Positions 39,223 to 53,089 of a stretch of DNA of 64,000 bases are shown piece by piece (within the stretch, counting starts at the first letter, position 1; each line of letters opens with the position of its first letter). The notes below the pieces were generated by a model, which saw nothing but the letters and a program-made list of their open reading frames with translations, had not been told where the DNA came from and did no database searches. A program made the translations under genes and the position numbers. The DNA comes from Octopus sinensis (Eukaryota): NCBI RefSeq assembly GCF_006345805.1, contig NC_043004.1, positions 38,316,001 through 38,380,000 of the forward strand. Reading direction: 5' to 3'.

Positions 39223-39453
39223 TAAACAGATGAGATCCAGATATTCTCGGTATAGAGAATGTTTGGTACCCTCAAAGGAATTGAACTTAGACACCGAGGT
39301 CTTTATGCGGGTCCAATTCTGCAAGGTAAAGGTTGACTGTTAGAGGAATCCAAGTGAGTAGATATGGTGGTAGTTATGTGGATAAAGTTATTGGATATAA
39401 CTGCTAGGGTTTGAAATACTCTAGACCTACCTACCTACCTATCTATCTATCTA

Positions 39454-39520
<67 letters not shown>

Positions 39521-39531
39521 TTGTCTGTCTT

Positions 39532-39614
<83 letters not shown>

Positions 39615-40112
39615 GTCTGTCTATCTATCTGTCTATCTGTGTGTGTGTGTGTGTGTGTATATATGTGCACTTGTAAACAGAAAGAAAACAAAGACTGAAG
39701 ATTTTGAGATGACGGTTATTTAAGTATAAATATATAGATATTTATATATTAATTGATCAAACATAAACACAGTACAAACGACAGAGAAAATTAAAAGGGA
39801 TGAAGAAAGGTGTTATAAGTTCAACAGCTGTTTCTGGGGGCCCTAATATTAGTCGATGTAGTTCATCAAGATATGCAACCAGAAATAAAGATTGGATAAA
39901 TCGAGCCTCGATAATCAGGATTCCTCAAACACCTTACTCCCTACCCCCACCTTTAATGTTCTCTGCTGTATGTACACTCTGTGTAAGTTTGATCTATTAA
40001 TACATAAATATCTATACATATTTTTTCGTCTGAAAATCTTCGATATTTCCTTTCTTTCAGTTTACATGTACACACACGCACACACACACACACAGACACA
40101 CACACACACAGA

Positions 40113-40152
<40 letters not shown>

Positions 40153-40786
40153 GCTGCAGTGAATTTGTTGTGTGGACGCTCCCAGACGATGAAGTAGGCT
40201 AGCCCAATACGTAGACATAGAGGGAGAAGTCTAGACATCAGAGTAGCAGAGAGAACAGAGTGGAACCTATATTGGGAGAGGAAGAAAGGAGGGAAGAAGC
40301 AATGGAATTTTTTTACCTATTCAAAAAAGGAGGTGGAAAAGGAAATTGTGAAGTTTAAGAACATCGTAAGGGTGAAAATGCCCAGAGATACGTACTCTGA
40401 GCGTGTGAAAGACTTGGTCGCCGATAAGGTGATTTATGAAAAACTTAGAGACAGGTGCAGTGATAGAATCGACCCTGGCGGAATGATAGTGGAGTTCAAT
40501 GAGCTGCCAACAGTAATCGAACTGAGAGAGCTGGAGCAGTATATGAAGCGATAAAAAAAAAAAGAGAAATGAAAGAGTAATTTTGGAGAAAAAAAAATGA
40601 CATTTAATGAACAGAAAAAAGAGGAAAAATCAGACCGTAATAACAGAGTGTAAAAACGTTCCAATGGTACTGCATGTGGAGTGGGGCCCATGCAGCCATT
40701 TCATTTCTCATTATTATATAATATTCATTTTCATCCGTTTTATGTTTGTTGTCCTCACTGTGGTGTTGTGTCTGTCCTTGTAGTGT

Positions 40787-41349
40787 CGGATCTTTTCCTT
40801 TTGAACGGCAGTTTTCAACACAATTTCTAGTTAACTAAACGCTTTTAAACTTGGGCGAAAGTTTTTTTTTCTTAATTATTAAATTAATTTAATTGTTACG
40901 CGTGTGTCTAAAATTATTCGTTTTGTTTTTGTTTTTGCTTTCGTTTTAGCCTTTCGTTTTTTTTCTTAATTGTTAAATTAAAATTATTTTCCATTGCTTT
41001 CGTTTTAGCCTTTCGTTTCTTTTTTTTCTTAATTGTTATCCTTAAATTAATTTAACAATTAAGAAAAAAAAACGACAGGCTAAAATTTAGGGTTAGGGTG
41101 TGGGTTAGGGTTAGTGGCAGTATGTTGTCTGTTTTAGATGCAGCAAATGATTTTAGCTCAATAGAGGCCATAGGATTGGTTAAAATTCGAAAAATTAAAC
41201 TACGTTAAACTTACAAATTACAATTTTCTCAAGAAAGCCAATAGAGAAAAATGTTTTATTTTGACACATTCTACCAGTATACGAAGTTTAAAAGTGTTTA
41301 GTTAACTAGAAATTGTGTTGAAAACTGCCGTTCAAAAGGAAAAGATCCG
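40787..41349. mobile_element. 563-bp MITE with 66-bp TIRs and 6-bp TSD
   Basis: TIRs 40787-40852 and 41284-41349 differ by one mismatch. The direct repeat TAGTGT lies at 40781-40786 and 41350-41355, and there is an internal TTAGGG-like stretch at about 41088-41113. Confidence 0.9.
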
Positions 41350-41458
41350 TAGTGTCCCCTCGGTGTCGTGGCCTTAGTGCCAAATAAAGAAATTCAGAGA
41401 GAACAGAGTAGTAGAGTAGAGTTGAGTAGTAGAGGCATCTGAACGTGCGACATAACAG

Positions 41459-41469
41459 TGGCGACGAGG
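41459..41469 (+). promoter_or_regulatory. Primer-binding site complementary to the tRNA-Ser(GCU) 3' end
   Basis: TGGCGACGAGG is the reverse complement of CCUCGUCGCCA, the 3' end of metazoan tRNA-Ser(GCU) as recalled. It sits 1 nt after the LTR-terminal CA. Confidence 0.65.
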
Positions 41470-44400
41470 TTTCGAATAGTACCGAAATGGAAGAGTTACT
41501 GAAAGCAGTTGTAAAACAACAACAGCAGCAACTACATATGTTAACAGAATTATTACTGCAGTCGAGAAATACGATAGAATCATTTTCAGCATATGGTGTT
41601 GCAAATCCCATCGAAGAATTTCACTACAATCCGGATAAAGGAACTACTTTTGCTACATATTACAGACGATACGAAGACATATTCCGAGAGACATGTGAGG
41701 GATGAACTAGTGAAAGGAAGGTAAGACTCCTTTTGCGAAAGCTTGCTACTCCGGAACACGAAAGATTTTGTAACTTTATTTAGCCGAAAAAGCCCGCGGA
41801 ATTGTGTTTTGATGAAACGATAAATATTTTGACTAATATTTTTAGCGAGAAAAGTTTGCAGTTTAACATTCGATGGGAATGTTTAAATTTAAAGAAAAAC
41901 GAGTCGACGATTTTGTAACATATACCGGTATGGTTAATAAGGCTCGCGAAAGGTTTAAGCTGGAAGAATTAACGCCAGATATGTTCAAGTGCCTAATATT
42001 CTTTAAAGGGCTAGTGGCAACGGAAGATGCGGAAATTAGAAAAAGAATATTATCAAAGTTGAATCAAGATGTGTAACTCACTTTGCAGAATGTGGCTGAG
42101 GAATGCCAACAAATAAACCTTCGAGATGATACAAGAAAGATAGAAGACAAGAATAATAATGTACAAATGTGTAAAGAAAGTACAGAAAGAAGGAAAAATT
42201 TAAATTCAAAACGGTGCTAGGTTGTGGAGATCGACATTTGAGGAAAGATTGCCCCTTTAAAAATAAAACCTGTTTTAAGTGTGGCAAAACTGGACATATA
42301 CAGACGAAATGCCGGTCAAAGAAAATGGTAAAACAGATGAAAGTCTACTCAACAAAAGTAAATTATACCAGACAAAACCGAAAATTTGTGTTGGTAGAAA
42401 TAAATGGGTTTCAGACCAAAATGCAATTAGATGCCGGTTCAGACGTATCGATAATAAATACGGCAACATAGAGTAAGATAGGCAGGCCGCTGTATAAAAT
42501 AAACTACTAGGATAGCCTACCGTGTGTTAGGGGAACGAGTTTTAAACTTGGGCGAAATTTCACCAGAAATAAAACTTAAAAACAGGAAGCGGAAATGTAA
42601 ACTTATGGTATCTAAGAATACAATGAATCTCTTTGAGACAGATTTAATGGAAGGATTCGACCCGTGGGATCTATCACTGAATACATTATGTAACAAGGTG
42701 AATGCGTCACAGTCCGTGTCAGAGAAAGCATCGGAAAAAATAAAATTAAAATTGAAAAAGATGTACCCTGATATTTTTTCGAAAGTGTTCGGTATGTGTA
42801 AAAAAATTAAAGTAAAGTTTGAGTTGAAAGAAAATGCGGTGCCGGTGTTCAAACCGAAAAGGAATGTACCTTTTGCGGCATTAAACCAAGTTAAGAAGGA
42901 AGTAAAAAGATTGGAAGACATGAAAGTAATTGAAAAAGTAGACTACTCTGAGTGGGCGGCTCCTACGGTATATATAAAAAAGAACAACGAGGTAAGAGTA
43001 TGTGCGGACTATTCAACTGGTCTTAATGATTATTTAAAAAATTACAATTATTCGCTTCCAAAACCAGAGGAAATATTAGCTAAGTGCAATGGTGGGAAAT
43101 TTTTTCCAAGCTGGATTTGTCAGAGGCCTACCTCCAAGGATGGTAGATGAAGAATGTGCTAAAGTATTAACAATCAATACTCATAAAGATCTGTACCGTT
43201 TCAAAAGACTGCCATTTGGGGTAAATGTCGCACCAGCAATATTTCAGCAAGTGATGGATACTATGCTAGCAGATTGTGAGTTCGCGGTCCCATACTTGGA
43301 TGACATATTGATCAAAAGTGAATCAAGGGACCAACATATTGAACACATAGAAAAGGTTTTCAAACGAATATGTGATTACGGGTTCAAAGTAAGGGAGGAT
43401 AAATGTGAATTTTTCTTGACAAAAATAAAGCACTTAGGAGAGGTGATCGATAAAAACGGACGAAAGCAGGACCCTTCTATGATCGACGCGATAAAAAAAT
43501 GCCTGCTCCCACTAACAAAACAGCAATTCCAGCATTCTTAGGTTTGGTAAGTTATTACCAGTTGTACATACCTAAAATGTATGAGCTAAGAGCTCCGTTG
43601 AATAAGTTGCTAAAGAAGGACTCGAAATGGAGCTGGACAAACGAATGTCAGAAATCATTCGAGGAATTAAAAAAGCGGTTAATATCAGAGTTATCATTAA
43701 CTCATTTCGACCCAAACCTGAAAATAATTGTGGCAACGGATGCCAGTGAATATGGTAGAGGAGCTGTGATATTGCATAAATTTAATGATGGTATCATCAA
43801 AGCTATTGCACATGCATCGAGAGTTCTATTGCCAGCGGAAAAAGAGTCGTTATCATTAATCTTCGCAGTAAAAAAATTCCATAAATTCTTACATGGGAGG
43901 AAGTTTACACTGCAAACGGATCACCGACCGTTATTGTCTATTTGTGGTTCGAAAAAGGGTATTCCAACTCACTCAGCAAATCGCTTACAGCGCTGGGGGA
44001 CTACACTGTTGAACTACGATTTCCAGATGGAGTTTTTGCCATCAATGAAAATGGGACATGCAGACGGGTTGTTTAGGCTAATTCCAAAATATGATGAACC
44101 TTTTGAGGACACGGTGATTGCATCGTTAAAACTAGAAATGGAACTGAAGAAAATTTTGTGCAATGTAGTACGTGATTTGCCGGTAACACTAGAAGAAATT
44201 AAATTGAAATCGAGAAATGATAGGTTCATAAATAAGATTTAAAAAATGTTGAGTAACACGAAAAATATAAATGAGCGGGACGCAGGTTCAAAGCACTATT
44301 CAGTGTGTGATGAGGTATTATTATATGCACAAAGAGTGGTAATACCTGAAGCAATGCAAAACAGAGTATTAAAAGACTTTCATGTAGGACATCCGGGGAA

Positions 44401-44699
44401 GTCCCCATGAAGAGCCTTATGAGAAGTTGCGTTTATTGGCCGAATATGGACAAGGAAATTGAGAGACTGGTAAAACAGTGTAGGAGATGCGCTATGGCCG
44501 CAAAGGCGCCCACAGTGCAGATTCAGCCGTGGACAAAAACGGATTCGGCATGGTCTAGACTACATGTGGATTTCGCAGGACCAATAAATGGCTCATTATA
44601 TCATTGTGGTGGATAGCTATTCCAAATGGCCTGGAGTGTGTAAATATTCAAGGCCAACTAAAAGTGTGACTATTAAATTTTAAAAAGTAAGTTATATAG

Positions 44700-46590
44700 T
44701 TAAAGCATTTCTTAAAAAAGTTAAATTTCTCAAACCTTACTCACAAGCTGTAAAATGTACACCAACATTTCAATCTTATATTCACCGAGATTACGGAAAC
44801 AATAATGGTTATTAGGAGATATTTAGCCAACATAGCAGTCCCACTTAATAAACCCAAAGCCTCTCGTCTTTTAGACTGAATATTTCCATAACTGAAGATC
44901 CCAACATACATAAAGGAATTGGAAATGTGACCAGAATCGGCTGCAATCTGTACCTAACAACGAACTCACTTCATAAATTTTAATATCTGAGAAATTGTTA
45001 ACGACTACGGAAGCTCTGAAAAATAGTTAAATTTAAAATATCTTTTGACCTAGTAAACCCCAACACTCTATGGTGCAAACCTAATGTAACAAACCGAAGA
45101 TAATTGACCTTTGATATAAAAGCTTTGAACACAGACAAGTTCAAGTCTTCAGATAAAAGTTTGAAGTGCACTCCAGCAACACAATACCTTGCTTCAATGA
45201 AATATGTGTCGATATGTTTCTCTTTTGTACAATATTACGTCTTACGTCTAATAGAAGTATTATACGATTACGAAAACTGTGGACGAATAACATGAAATAA
45301 AACAAATACAACTCAACAAAAGCTAAGAGTAAAGCATTGAACAAATTCAATAATTTTGCAACTGCATTCCCACATCATGTAATAGCACACTATGAACCGA
45401 AATGTAACACCAGCAGAAAGGAATAGGAAATATTCATGACCTTCAAACAAGAATGATATCATAAAGAAAGGAATAAGGGTCAATAAGGATCTGAATACTA
45501 CAGTTACACCAAAATAATTCCCACAAGAAACCTATTATGAAATGGTAATTAAACAAGCACCGAAATCAATGGAGAAATTTAGCATCTTCATTTCTCTACT
45601 CCGAAAGTGATAAATAAACGAGAGACGGAAACGAACATTGAATGCAACATAGGCAATCTATACGGACTCCTACAAGCTGCCAGAATGTAAAACTTTACAC
45701 GAATCAACTTCAACATCATTAATCATGCTACGCACTACAATCTTAACTTGACTGCAGCGGGCCCAATCAGTGAAACAAGCAGACTGTGAAATTTCGTAAA
45801 TATTCAACTGAAACTCATTCTGAAACACATAGCGAACCTTTAAAATGATTTTGATCTTTTAAACCACCTTGTGAAAAAAGTTAAATACATTTATATTCTT
45901 TTTTAGCATAAGTTATTACTGTATCGTTAAATTCAGTCAAAATCCTCCTCTCTGCTCAATCATAAAAAAAAACATACACAGAAATTGAGAACTACATCGA
46001 TTCCAAACCAACAGACTCTTGCTAATACTTAGTATTTGCTTCTTGTCTCCTGGCCAAAACAGATTTATTGTTTAGTAATAGCATGAAGAATATGTCCAAT
46101 AGTTTTGAATTCTAAAACATAGAATTAAAACGAGTATTACTTGAAAGACAGTATCCAACAAGGTTAATTGTTAACAGACGAAAACGTGCCAAAGCAAGTG
46201 ACATTCAAAGAAGATGAGGAAGGAAGACAATTCAACTTAACAATACTCTACATTATAACACAACACACAACGCAAGAAATTAAGAAACGTAAAATACTAT
46301 CCATAAATACATTCCTTTATTGAAGTAAAACCAACAGTGAAAATGTCTCTCGAAATACAAAAAACAATCAAATGTAAAAGAAAAAAACTAGTAATATTAT
46401 TTACTCAACTGAAATTACCCGCAAAAAAAAAAAAATAATAGAAAAACAAAAATATGTGTACCAATAGTCAAAATGTGTGATCAGCTTAACAGTTGTACAG
46501 ACATCTTATAAATGTAAAGCAGATCATATTTTCGCTGTAAAAAAAATCACGTCATCACGTTTGTCAAATGTATTAATTTCTGACATTAAA
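44700..46590 (+). mobile_element. Highly decayed Penelope-like element
   Basis: Near 45980-46170 it translates as YIDSKPTDSC*YLVFASC...RICPIV...LKRVLLERQYPTRLI, matching the PLE RT C-terminal pattern KPTxxxxYLxxxSxHP. Boundaries are approximate. Confidence 0.55.
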
Positions 46591-46592
46591 TA

Positions 46593-47017
46593 TTATCTTT
46601 TCTTATTTCTTTATTGCCCACATGGGGCTAAACATAGACAGGACAAACAAGAATAGACAAACGGATTAAGTCGATTACATCGACCCCAGTGCGTAAATGG
46701 TACTTAATTTATCGACCCCGAAACGATGAAAGGCAAAGTCGACCTCGGCGGAATTTGAAATCAGAACGTAACGGCAGACGAAATACCTACTTCTTTACTA
46801 CCCACAAGGGGCTAAACAGAGAGAACAAACAAGGACAGACAAACGGATTAAGTCAATTATATCGACCCCAGTGCGTGACTGGTACTTATTAAATTGACCC
46901 CGAATTGATGAAAGGCAAAGTCGACCTCGGCGGAATTTGAACTCAGAACGTAACGGCAGACCAAATACGGCTACGCATTTCGCCCGACGTGCAAACGTTT
47001 CTGCCAGCTCGCCGCCT
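46593..47017 (-). mobile_element. SINE family 1 dimer with 12-bp TSD
   Basis: Two body units and a head are flanked by TGACATTAAATA at 46581-46592 and 47018-47029. Confidence 0.85.
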
Positions 47018-47329
47018 TGACATTAAATACAATGGATATAACGAAGATTATATAGAGCAAACTAAACTTAGCATGAGAAACAGCTTTATTGTTCCTACGA
47101 GATCATAATTCCTGATAGAATTAGACATTTAGACTTATACACAACCAAAATTTCTAGTTTTCCGACATAAATCGCTTTTGAGAAATCAAGTGCAGGCATT
47201 TAAATATAAAGAATTTCAAGAAACGGTCAGTATCACTTTTCTTTGCCGATCACTTGCTCTTTACCTAAGAGAGCCTCCGTTTACAAGTCAGGTACGATCA
47301 TATTACATCTTCTGTCACAAGATCGAAAA

Positions 47330-48200
47330 AGTGTATGCAATGGTTTCAAATGCTTGCAGGGACCAGGATTTTGAGACCCAGTCCCAGTACCTTGCCCGCC
47401 TGTTCAGGCATCGAGGATACCCTCAACCCTTATCCGAAACGCCCTTGTTCGCGCTCGTCGAATCGATCGCACCACCGCCTTTCTCTTTCCCCTCACCCAC
47501 CCACTAACTGCACTCCCTTTACCCTCCTTTTCCACCCCTCCACTCTACCCCTTCGTCGGAGGACACTACGAGCCTTCTGTCGTCTCCAGCTCGATCCCAC
47601 CACCCGCCCCATTTTCCCCAACCCACCCTTGTTCTTTAAACGCACCTGGAACCCACGCGATCTTCTGGTCCGTATCACCTTCTCCTCTTCCCCCAGCCCT
47701 ATCGGATCATTACCGTGCTCCAGTTCCCGCTGCAACACCTTCATCACCAACACTACTTTCCTCACTGGTTCTAATTAGCAAACTCTTCGTTGAACAAATT
47801 CCTTCTCTTACACTTCTTCTAGCATCATATACTGTATTAGATGCAACCTCTGTTGTAAACTATGTAGGTTAGACGGGCCGCCGACTGGCCAACCGGTTCA
47901 CCAAACATCTAAGGGATGTTCATCTACGTTCGAACAACCCCGTCGCCCGTCACTTCCGCTTGGCCAACCATTTCTCCTCTAGCATCTCCGACTTTGGCCT
48001 CGATCTACAACACAGACCCACACACTCACGACTCCGCCAGGAACGGCGGTATATCTTTAATCTATGAACAACTATCCCCCAACGGACTAAACAGAACTCA
48101 CTCCTATTTACCCCTGCAACAAAGCAACCTCATTTCATGTTTCATTTTTGCTTGTAATTGCGCCATTTATATTGCATTAACTTCCTTATCTCTTTTCAAC
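47330..48200 (+). mobile_element. Penelope-like element 3' fragment with GIY-YIG endonuclease
   Basis: YLARLFRHRGY is followed near 47830 by IYCIRCNLC..YVG*TGRRLANRFTKHLRDV. Confidence 0.8.
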
Positions 48201-48244
48201 CTTAATTATTATATTTTATTGTTTTTATAATTTATTGTTTTTAT

Positions 48245-49610
48245 TTCTATATACACGCACACATACACACACATACGTACATATCCACGATCGAACATAT
48301 ACCTCCCACACACACCACACACATACAACACACATACATGGAATATTCACACATATTTCTACACACATACACACATGCGCACACACACATATGTGCGTAC
48401 TCACACACGTGAACAAACGTATACACACACATACACACACGTACTTAAGCACACGCGCATACACGCAACAAAATGCACACATAAACCGACACACATCACG
48501 TTCACACACACATATATACACGCATGCACATGCACACATGCACGCACACATACATATACACACGTACATACACACACACTAGCACATGTTCGCACATATA
48601 TCTCCAACACACACAATACACATACAGACACGCACACAATTACACACACATGGACACAAACACACACGCACATACACGCACACACGCACGTAAGCACACG
48701 CTCACAAGCAGACGCACGCATGCACATACACTCAGGTACGCACATACATGCCTACACAAACACCCCACACAACCAACGTACACACGCATGGACAAATCCT
48801 CATATACACACATACATATACATACACACACAATATATGCATACACGCACACACGTACACATACACATACACATATAGACACATACAGACACGCACATAT
48901 ACGCACGCACACACGCACACGTATGCACACATACCTAACACTCACAGCCCTACGCATGCACGTATATACATTCACATACGCACACACGCACACACATACA
49001 CACGCACACACATACACACGCACACACATACACACGCACACACATACACACGCACACACATACACACGCACACACATACACACGCACACATACACACGCA
49101 CACATACACGCACACACGCACACACATACACACGCACACATACACGCACACACAACTACACTCACATACACATGTACACGCACCTACACACGCACATGCA
49201 TACACGCGCAAAAATAACGCACCTATACCCCTACACAACCCCTCGTTCACACATACATGCACATCTACACACGCAAAATACACACGCACATACACACATG
49301 TACACACGCACATACACACATGTACACACGCACATACACACATGTACACACGCACATACACTCACACGCACACACGTGTATATACACACGCACACATACA
49401 CGCACACACGTACACATACACATACACATATAGACACATACAGACACGCACATATACGCACGCACACACGCACACATACACAGAGTAAAGTACAATTACT
49501 CCACACACACACACATAGATAAACAGCCACAACCACACAAACACATACACACATGTGCTTACACACACACAAAATCCAGCGCGCTCGCACTTACCCACAC
49601 ATACACACAC
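48245..49610. repeat. Degenerate (CA)/(CATA)/(CACG) microsatellite field
   Basis: Read directly. A block of about 70 bp is duplicated at about 48850 and 49405. Confidence 0.95.
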
Positions 49611-49712
49611 ATACCTCCTTCTCTTGCACTCCCCTGTCTTTGAAAGAACATTTTCTTCACCTATTCCTTTCCGGTCATTTCAATGTGACCGCGTGTGTAT
49701 CGTTAGGAATAT

Positions 49713-50245
49713 ATAGGCGTAGGAGTGGCGTTGTGATATCTTACTTACGAACCACATGGTTCCGGGTTCAGTCCCACTGTGTGACTACTTGGGCAAGTGT
49801 CTTCTACTATAGCCTCGGTCTGACCAAAGTCTTGTGAGTGGATTTGGTAGGCGGAAACTGAAAGAAGCTCGTCGCATATATGTATATGTATATATGTATG
49901 TGTGTGTATATGTTTGTGTGTCTGTGTTTGTCCACCCCAACATCTCTTGACATCCGATGGTTTTTAGCAATTGACATTTGGTGTATGAGAGAGTTTGATT
50001 CAGCTGCCCTCATCTGCACCTCCTGCCGTGAAGTTGGTTCATCTGGGACACCTGACAGGAAGAGATCCAGTTTTATTTTAAAGACATCGACATCCACCCC
50101 ATGCAGGTCTCTCAGGTCCTTCGGGAGGAAATTGAAGAGCTGTGGACCTCTGAAGCCCAGGCCATCACAGTATCTCGTCCTACATCTTGATGGCAAATTT
50201 GAAGTCCTTGACACTATGCAGTGGCACCCAGTTCTAGTATTTGTG
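49713..50245. mobile_element. SINE family 2 (+ strand, 3'-truncated) joined to a LINE family B 3' fragment (- strand)
   Basis: 49713-49960 matches the family 2 head and CORE-like part. 49960-50245 matches 32150-32430 (DEPTSRQE, FRGPQLFN). Confidence 0.8.
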
Positions 50246-50639
50246 TATGTATATATATTTGTGTGTCTCTCCTTACTAACGGTCAGCCATTTTTAATTTG
50301 TATTCCTATTGTATGCGCATGCGTATACCTCTATGTGTGTCAATGTTTAGTTAGTGTGTGTGTGGTGAAGTGCCTGTAATATTTGTATCTCATGTTTACA
50401 TACTTTCGTGTAATTTTTTTGTTTTTGTTTATTTTTATTTTGTTCCTGTGTTTACACCTACTTATTATTATTATTATTTTTTTAATGTATATAGTTATTT
50501 ACTTCCATTTGTTGATTTATCTGTGTATTTTATTATGTTTTTTGTTTTGTTTATATTGTTACCAGTTTATGGGGATCTTCTGTCATATGCTGTGGTGAGT
50601 GCTAGTGTTCCATTTCAGTTTCCTATTCAGGCCAGGTTT

Positions 50640-51250
50640 ATCTTCTATTATGTGTGTAGCTTCCGTAATTTGCCTGATTGTTGCGTCTGTTCTGTGTGTA
50701 GACAAGATTTTAACTTCTTTGTTGTTGATTGAGCCCCCGTGTTCCTGCTCGGCGTGTTGGTACAGAATCGATGAGCTCTTTTCTTCCTTAAGTTCTCTCC
50801 AATGTCCCTTTACCCGCTCTAATATGCTCCGTGCCGTTTCCCCTACGTATATCGTTGTCTTGTTACTGCATCGCCCCCCCTATATATCTTATACTATAGA
50901 CTACATTTCTAGCTTTACAGTTTGTTTGTGGGCTAAATCTACACACAGTACAGGGGGTTCTACTAGAAGGGTAGGTTCTACCGATTAAGGATTTGATAGG
51001 ATGGCCTGGCCTTTCAACAACCTTAATGCTTAGCTTAAGTTTGTCTAGGGCCCTTCTAAAGCGGTACACCAGTTCGCCTCTAGGGGTGGTGTCGACGAAC
51101 ATGACAATCTGGTATTTTTTTTGCTATCATACCAAGAGTTGGCCATCCACATTTTCTTCTTAGTCCTTTCAATAGTGTTCCATGACTTGCTCCTATAGAG
51201 TGGGCAAATCCCATTCCTATCATTACATATGATAGTATCAATTTCTTCAT
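50640..51250 (-). mobile_element. Penelope-like element fragment (GIY-YIG region), second family
   Basis: The minus strand reads FVDTTPRGEL..IKVVERPG..CTVC..NCKARNVVYSI, followed in a shifted frame by a YVGET-like motif. Confidence 0.7.
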
Positions 51251-51307
51251 GGCTCCTTTGTATACTCCGATCCTTTCTTTATGTATATGTATATATATAT
51301 ATATATA

Positions 51308-51407
51308 NNNNNNNNNNNNNNNNNNNNNNNNNNNNNNNNNNNNNNNNNNNNNNNNNNNNNNNNNNNNNNNNNNNNNNNNNNNNNNNNNNNNNNNNNNNNN
51401 NNNNNNN
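51308..51407. other. Assembly gap (100 N)
   Basis: A run of N next to (TA)n. The true distance and orientation across it are unknown. Confidence 1.
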
Positions 51408-51856
51408 TTAATACGCTTTTTGTTTTTGTACGTACCTGTTATGTGTGTCACACTTACTTCAAAGAAGGATCAAAGTGAGAGAGAGAGAGAGAGAGGAGGA
51501 CAGAGAGGAAGTAAGAGAGAGAAAGGGGGAGAGTGAGAGAGAGAGTGGCGACGGCGTTCGTTTTGTGTTATTTAAAATGTTTCAGAGAGGAAGTAAGAGA
51601 GAAAGAGAGTGAAAGAGACAGTGAGTGGTGACGGCGTTCGTTTTGTGTTTTTAAATGTTTATCACATCGCAAGAAAAGTAGATACATAGATACATTGGAT
51701 GTCAATTTCACTTTTCATTAGCACACGAGGATAAAATTAACTCACAAATGGCCGAGTACTCCACAGACATGCATGACATTAACGTAGTTCACTGGAGATT
51801 CAGCCTCACACAGAATATGACAAGCCTGGGTCCTTTGAATTACAGCTAAAACTCGA

Positions 51857-51907
<51 letters not shown>

Positions 51908-52942
51908 TGAATAAATGAAAGAATGGAGTCGAACGAAGATTTTAACAAAATTCCTTTACTCTCAACACATGTTTCGAAGACTGCATACTATATATGTATA
52001 TAATCAAAATAAGCAACAAGGATATCCAGAGGTAATGCAGTACGATCGTTTCGTACGACTCTATTTAATTGGACAATGCAAATATTACATCAATTTTAAA
52101 ATGTAGACCAATCTTCAGCTGCATAAAAATATAGAATTTAGTTAAATTCGAAGGATTCATTTGTGTGTATATATATATACACACAAATTTATAATATTTA
52201 TGTAAGTAATAATGGTCTAATTAATTAATTTATTTTTGGTTATATGTCTATATATTTATTGATAAAATTTTAGATTTTTAATTACTATATTTGTTGATTA
52301 TAATTTAGATACTTATTTTTATGTATTTTTTATTTTATAATTATTAGATATGAACTTAAATCTAAAAATATTAAAAGTGATTATTTTGTTAAATAATTTG
52401 GTAATTAAATATTGGAGTATAACTGAGTTAAAGATATTCGTGAGTTTATTATGTTTTTTTAAAGCCAAATTATATCTTCAAAGATAAATACATATTTCTA
52501 TCTATTTTTTTTACCTTAAAAATTAAAATTAAATGTTTAACATAATAAATGTGTTGTAGGAAATAATCTAATGTTTGAAGTTTATAATTTAGTTAATGGA
52601 GTTTTTTCTACAAGAAAAATTATTATTTATTTCTTTCTTAAATAAATATTGTTTAACTCTATTTGCTTATTTATTTAACTATTATCATTAACCTGAAGAT
52701 TGACTATAATTTTAAATCGAATTTATTTCAATTGAATTTAAACTTAATTGTAATTCGAATTTAATTGTAGCCATGAAACGTACTTAGTGTTTTTACATAT
52801 TATATTATATATTTATCATTCATTTTATACTTTTTGAGATCTAGTTATAAGTTATATCTTTAAACAGAAAAAAATATATTGGTTATTTATGTATTGGTTT
52901 ATGTCTATCATGTTTCAGTTGCATAATAGTGGTTTATCTCTA

Positions 52943-52997
<55 letters not shown>

Positions 52998-53089
52998 ATA
53001 TATGAGAGAGGAGTGAGTGGTTTTTCTGTTTTGTGTTTTCAACACAGCAAATATTGGATAGTGTATCCTAACAAAACTGTCTAATACAT

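Larger units (their letters stand above)
40760..44690 (+). mobile_element. Ty3/Gypsy LTR retrotransposon (Mag-like), decayed and 3'-truncated in integrase
   Basis: A short putative 5' LTR ends in ...CA at 41457 (left boundary uncertain), followed by PBS TGGCGACGAGG (41459-41469) and a gag ATG at 41487. Later motifs are the knuckle CFKCGKTGHIQTKC, protease LDAGSDVS, RT YLDD, RNase H TDASEYG..TDHRPL, integrase HHCC zinc finger and WSRLHVDFAGP. No 3' LTR was found. Confidence 0.9.

Noticed and set aside
37483-39324. 613-aa ORF as an intact gene
   Set aside because: It is a chance fusion of segment U, a (TA)n run and a 5'-truncated LINE RT, and it is frameshifted at its 3' end.
40150-40700. 73-aa purine-rich ORF upstream of the Gypsy element
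   Set aside because: No motif, splice context or second copy supports it. It may be a TE remnant but cannot be assigned.
41088-41113. TTAGGG repeats as an interstitial telomere
   Set aside because: Only about four imperfect units, lying inside a MITE.
40841-42566. 18-nt match ttttaaacttgggcgaaa between the MITE and the Gypsy pol region
   Set aside because: A single short AT-rich match with no extension, compatible with chance in 64 kb.
52160-52900. Very AT-rich block as a mitochondrial insertion
   Set aside because: No mitochondrial rRNA, tRNA or protein motif was recognised on either strand.
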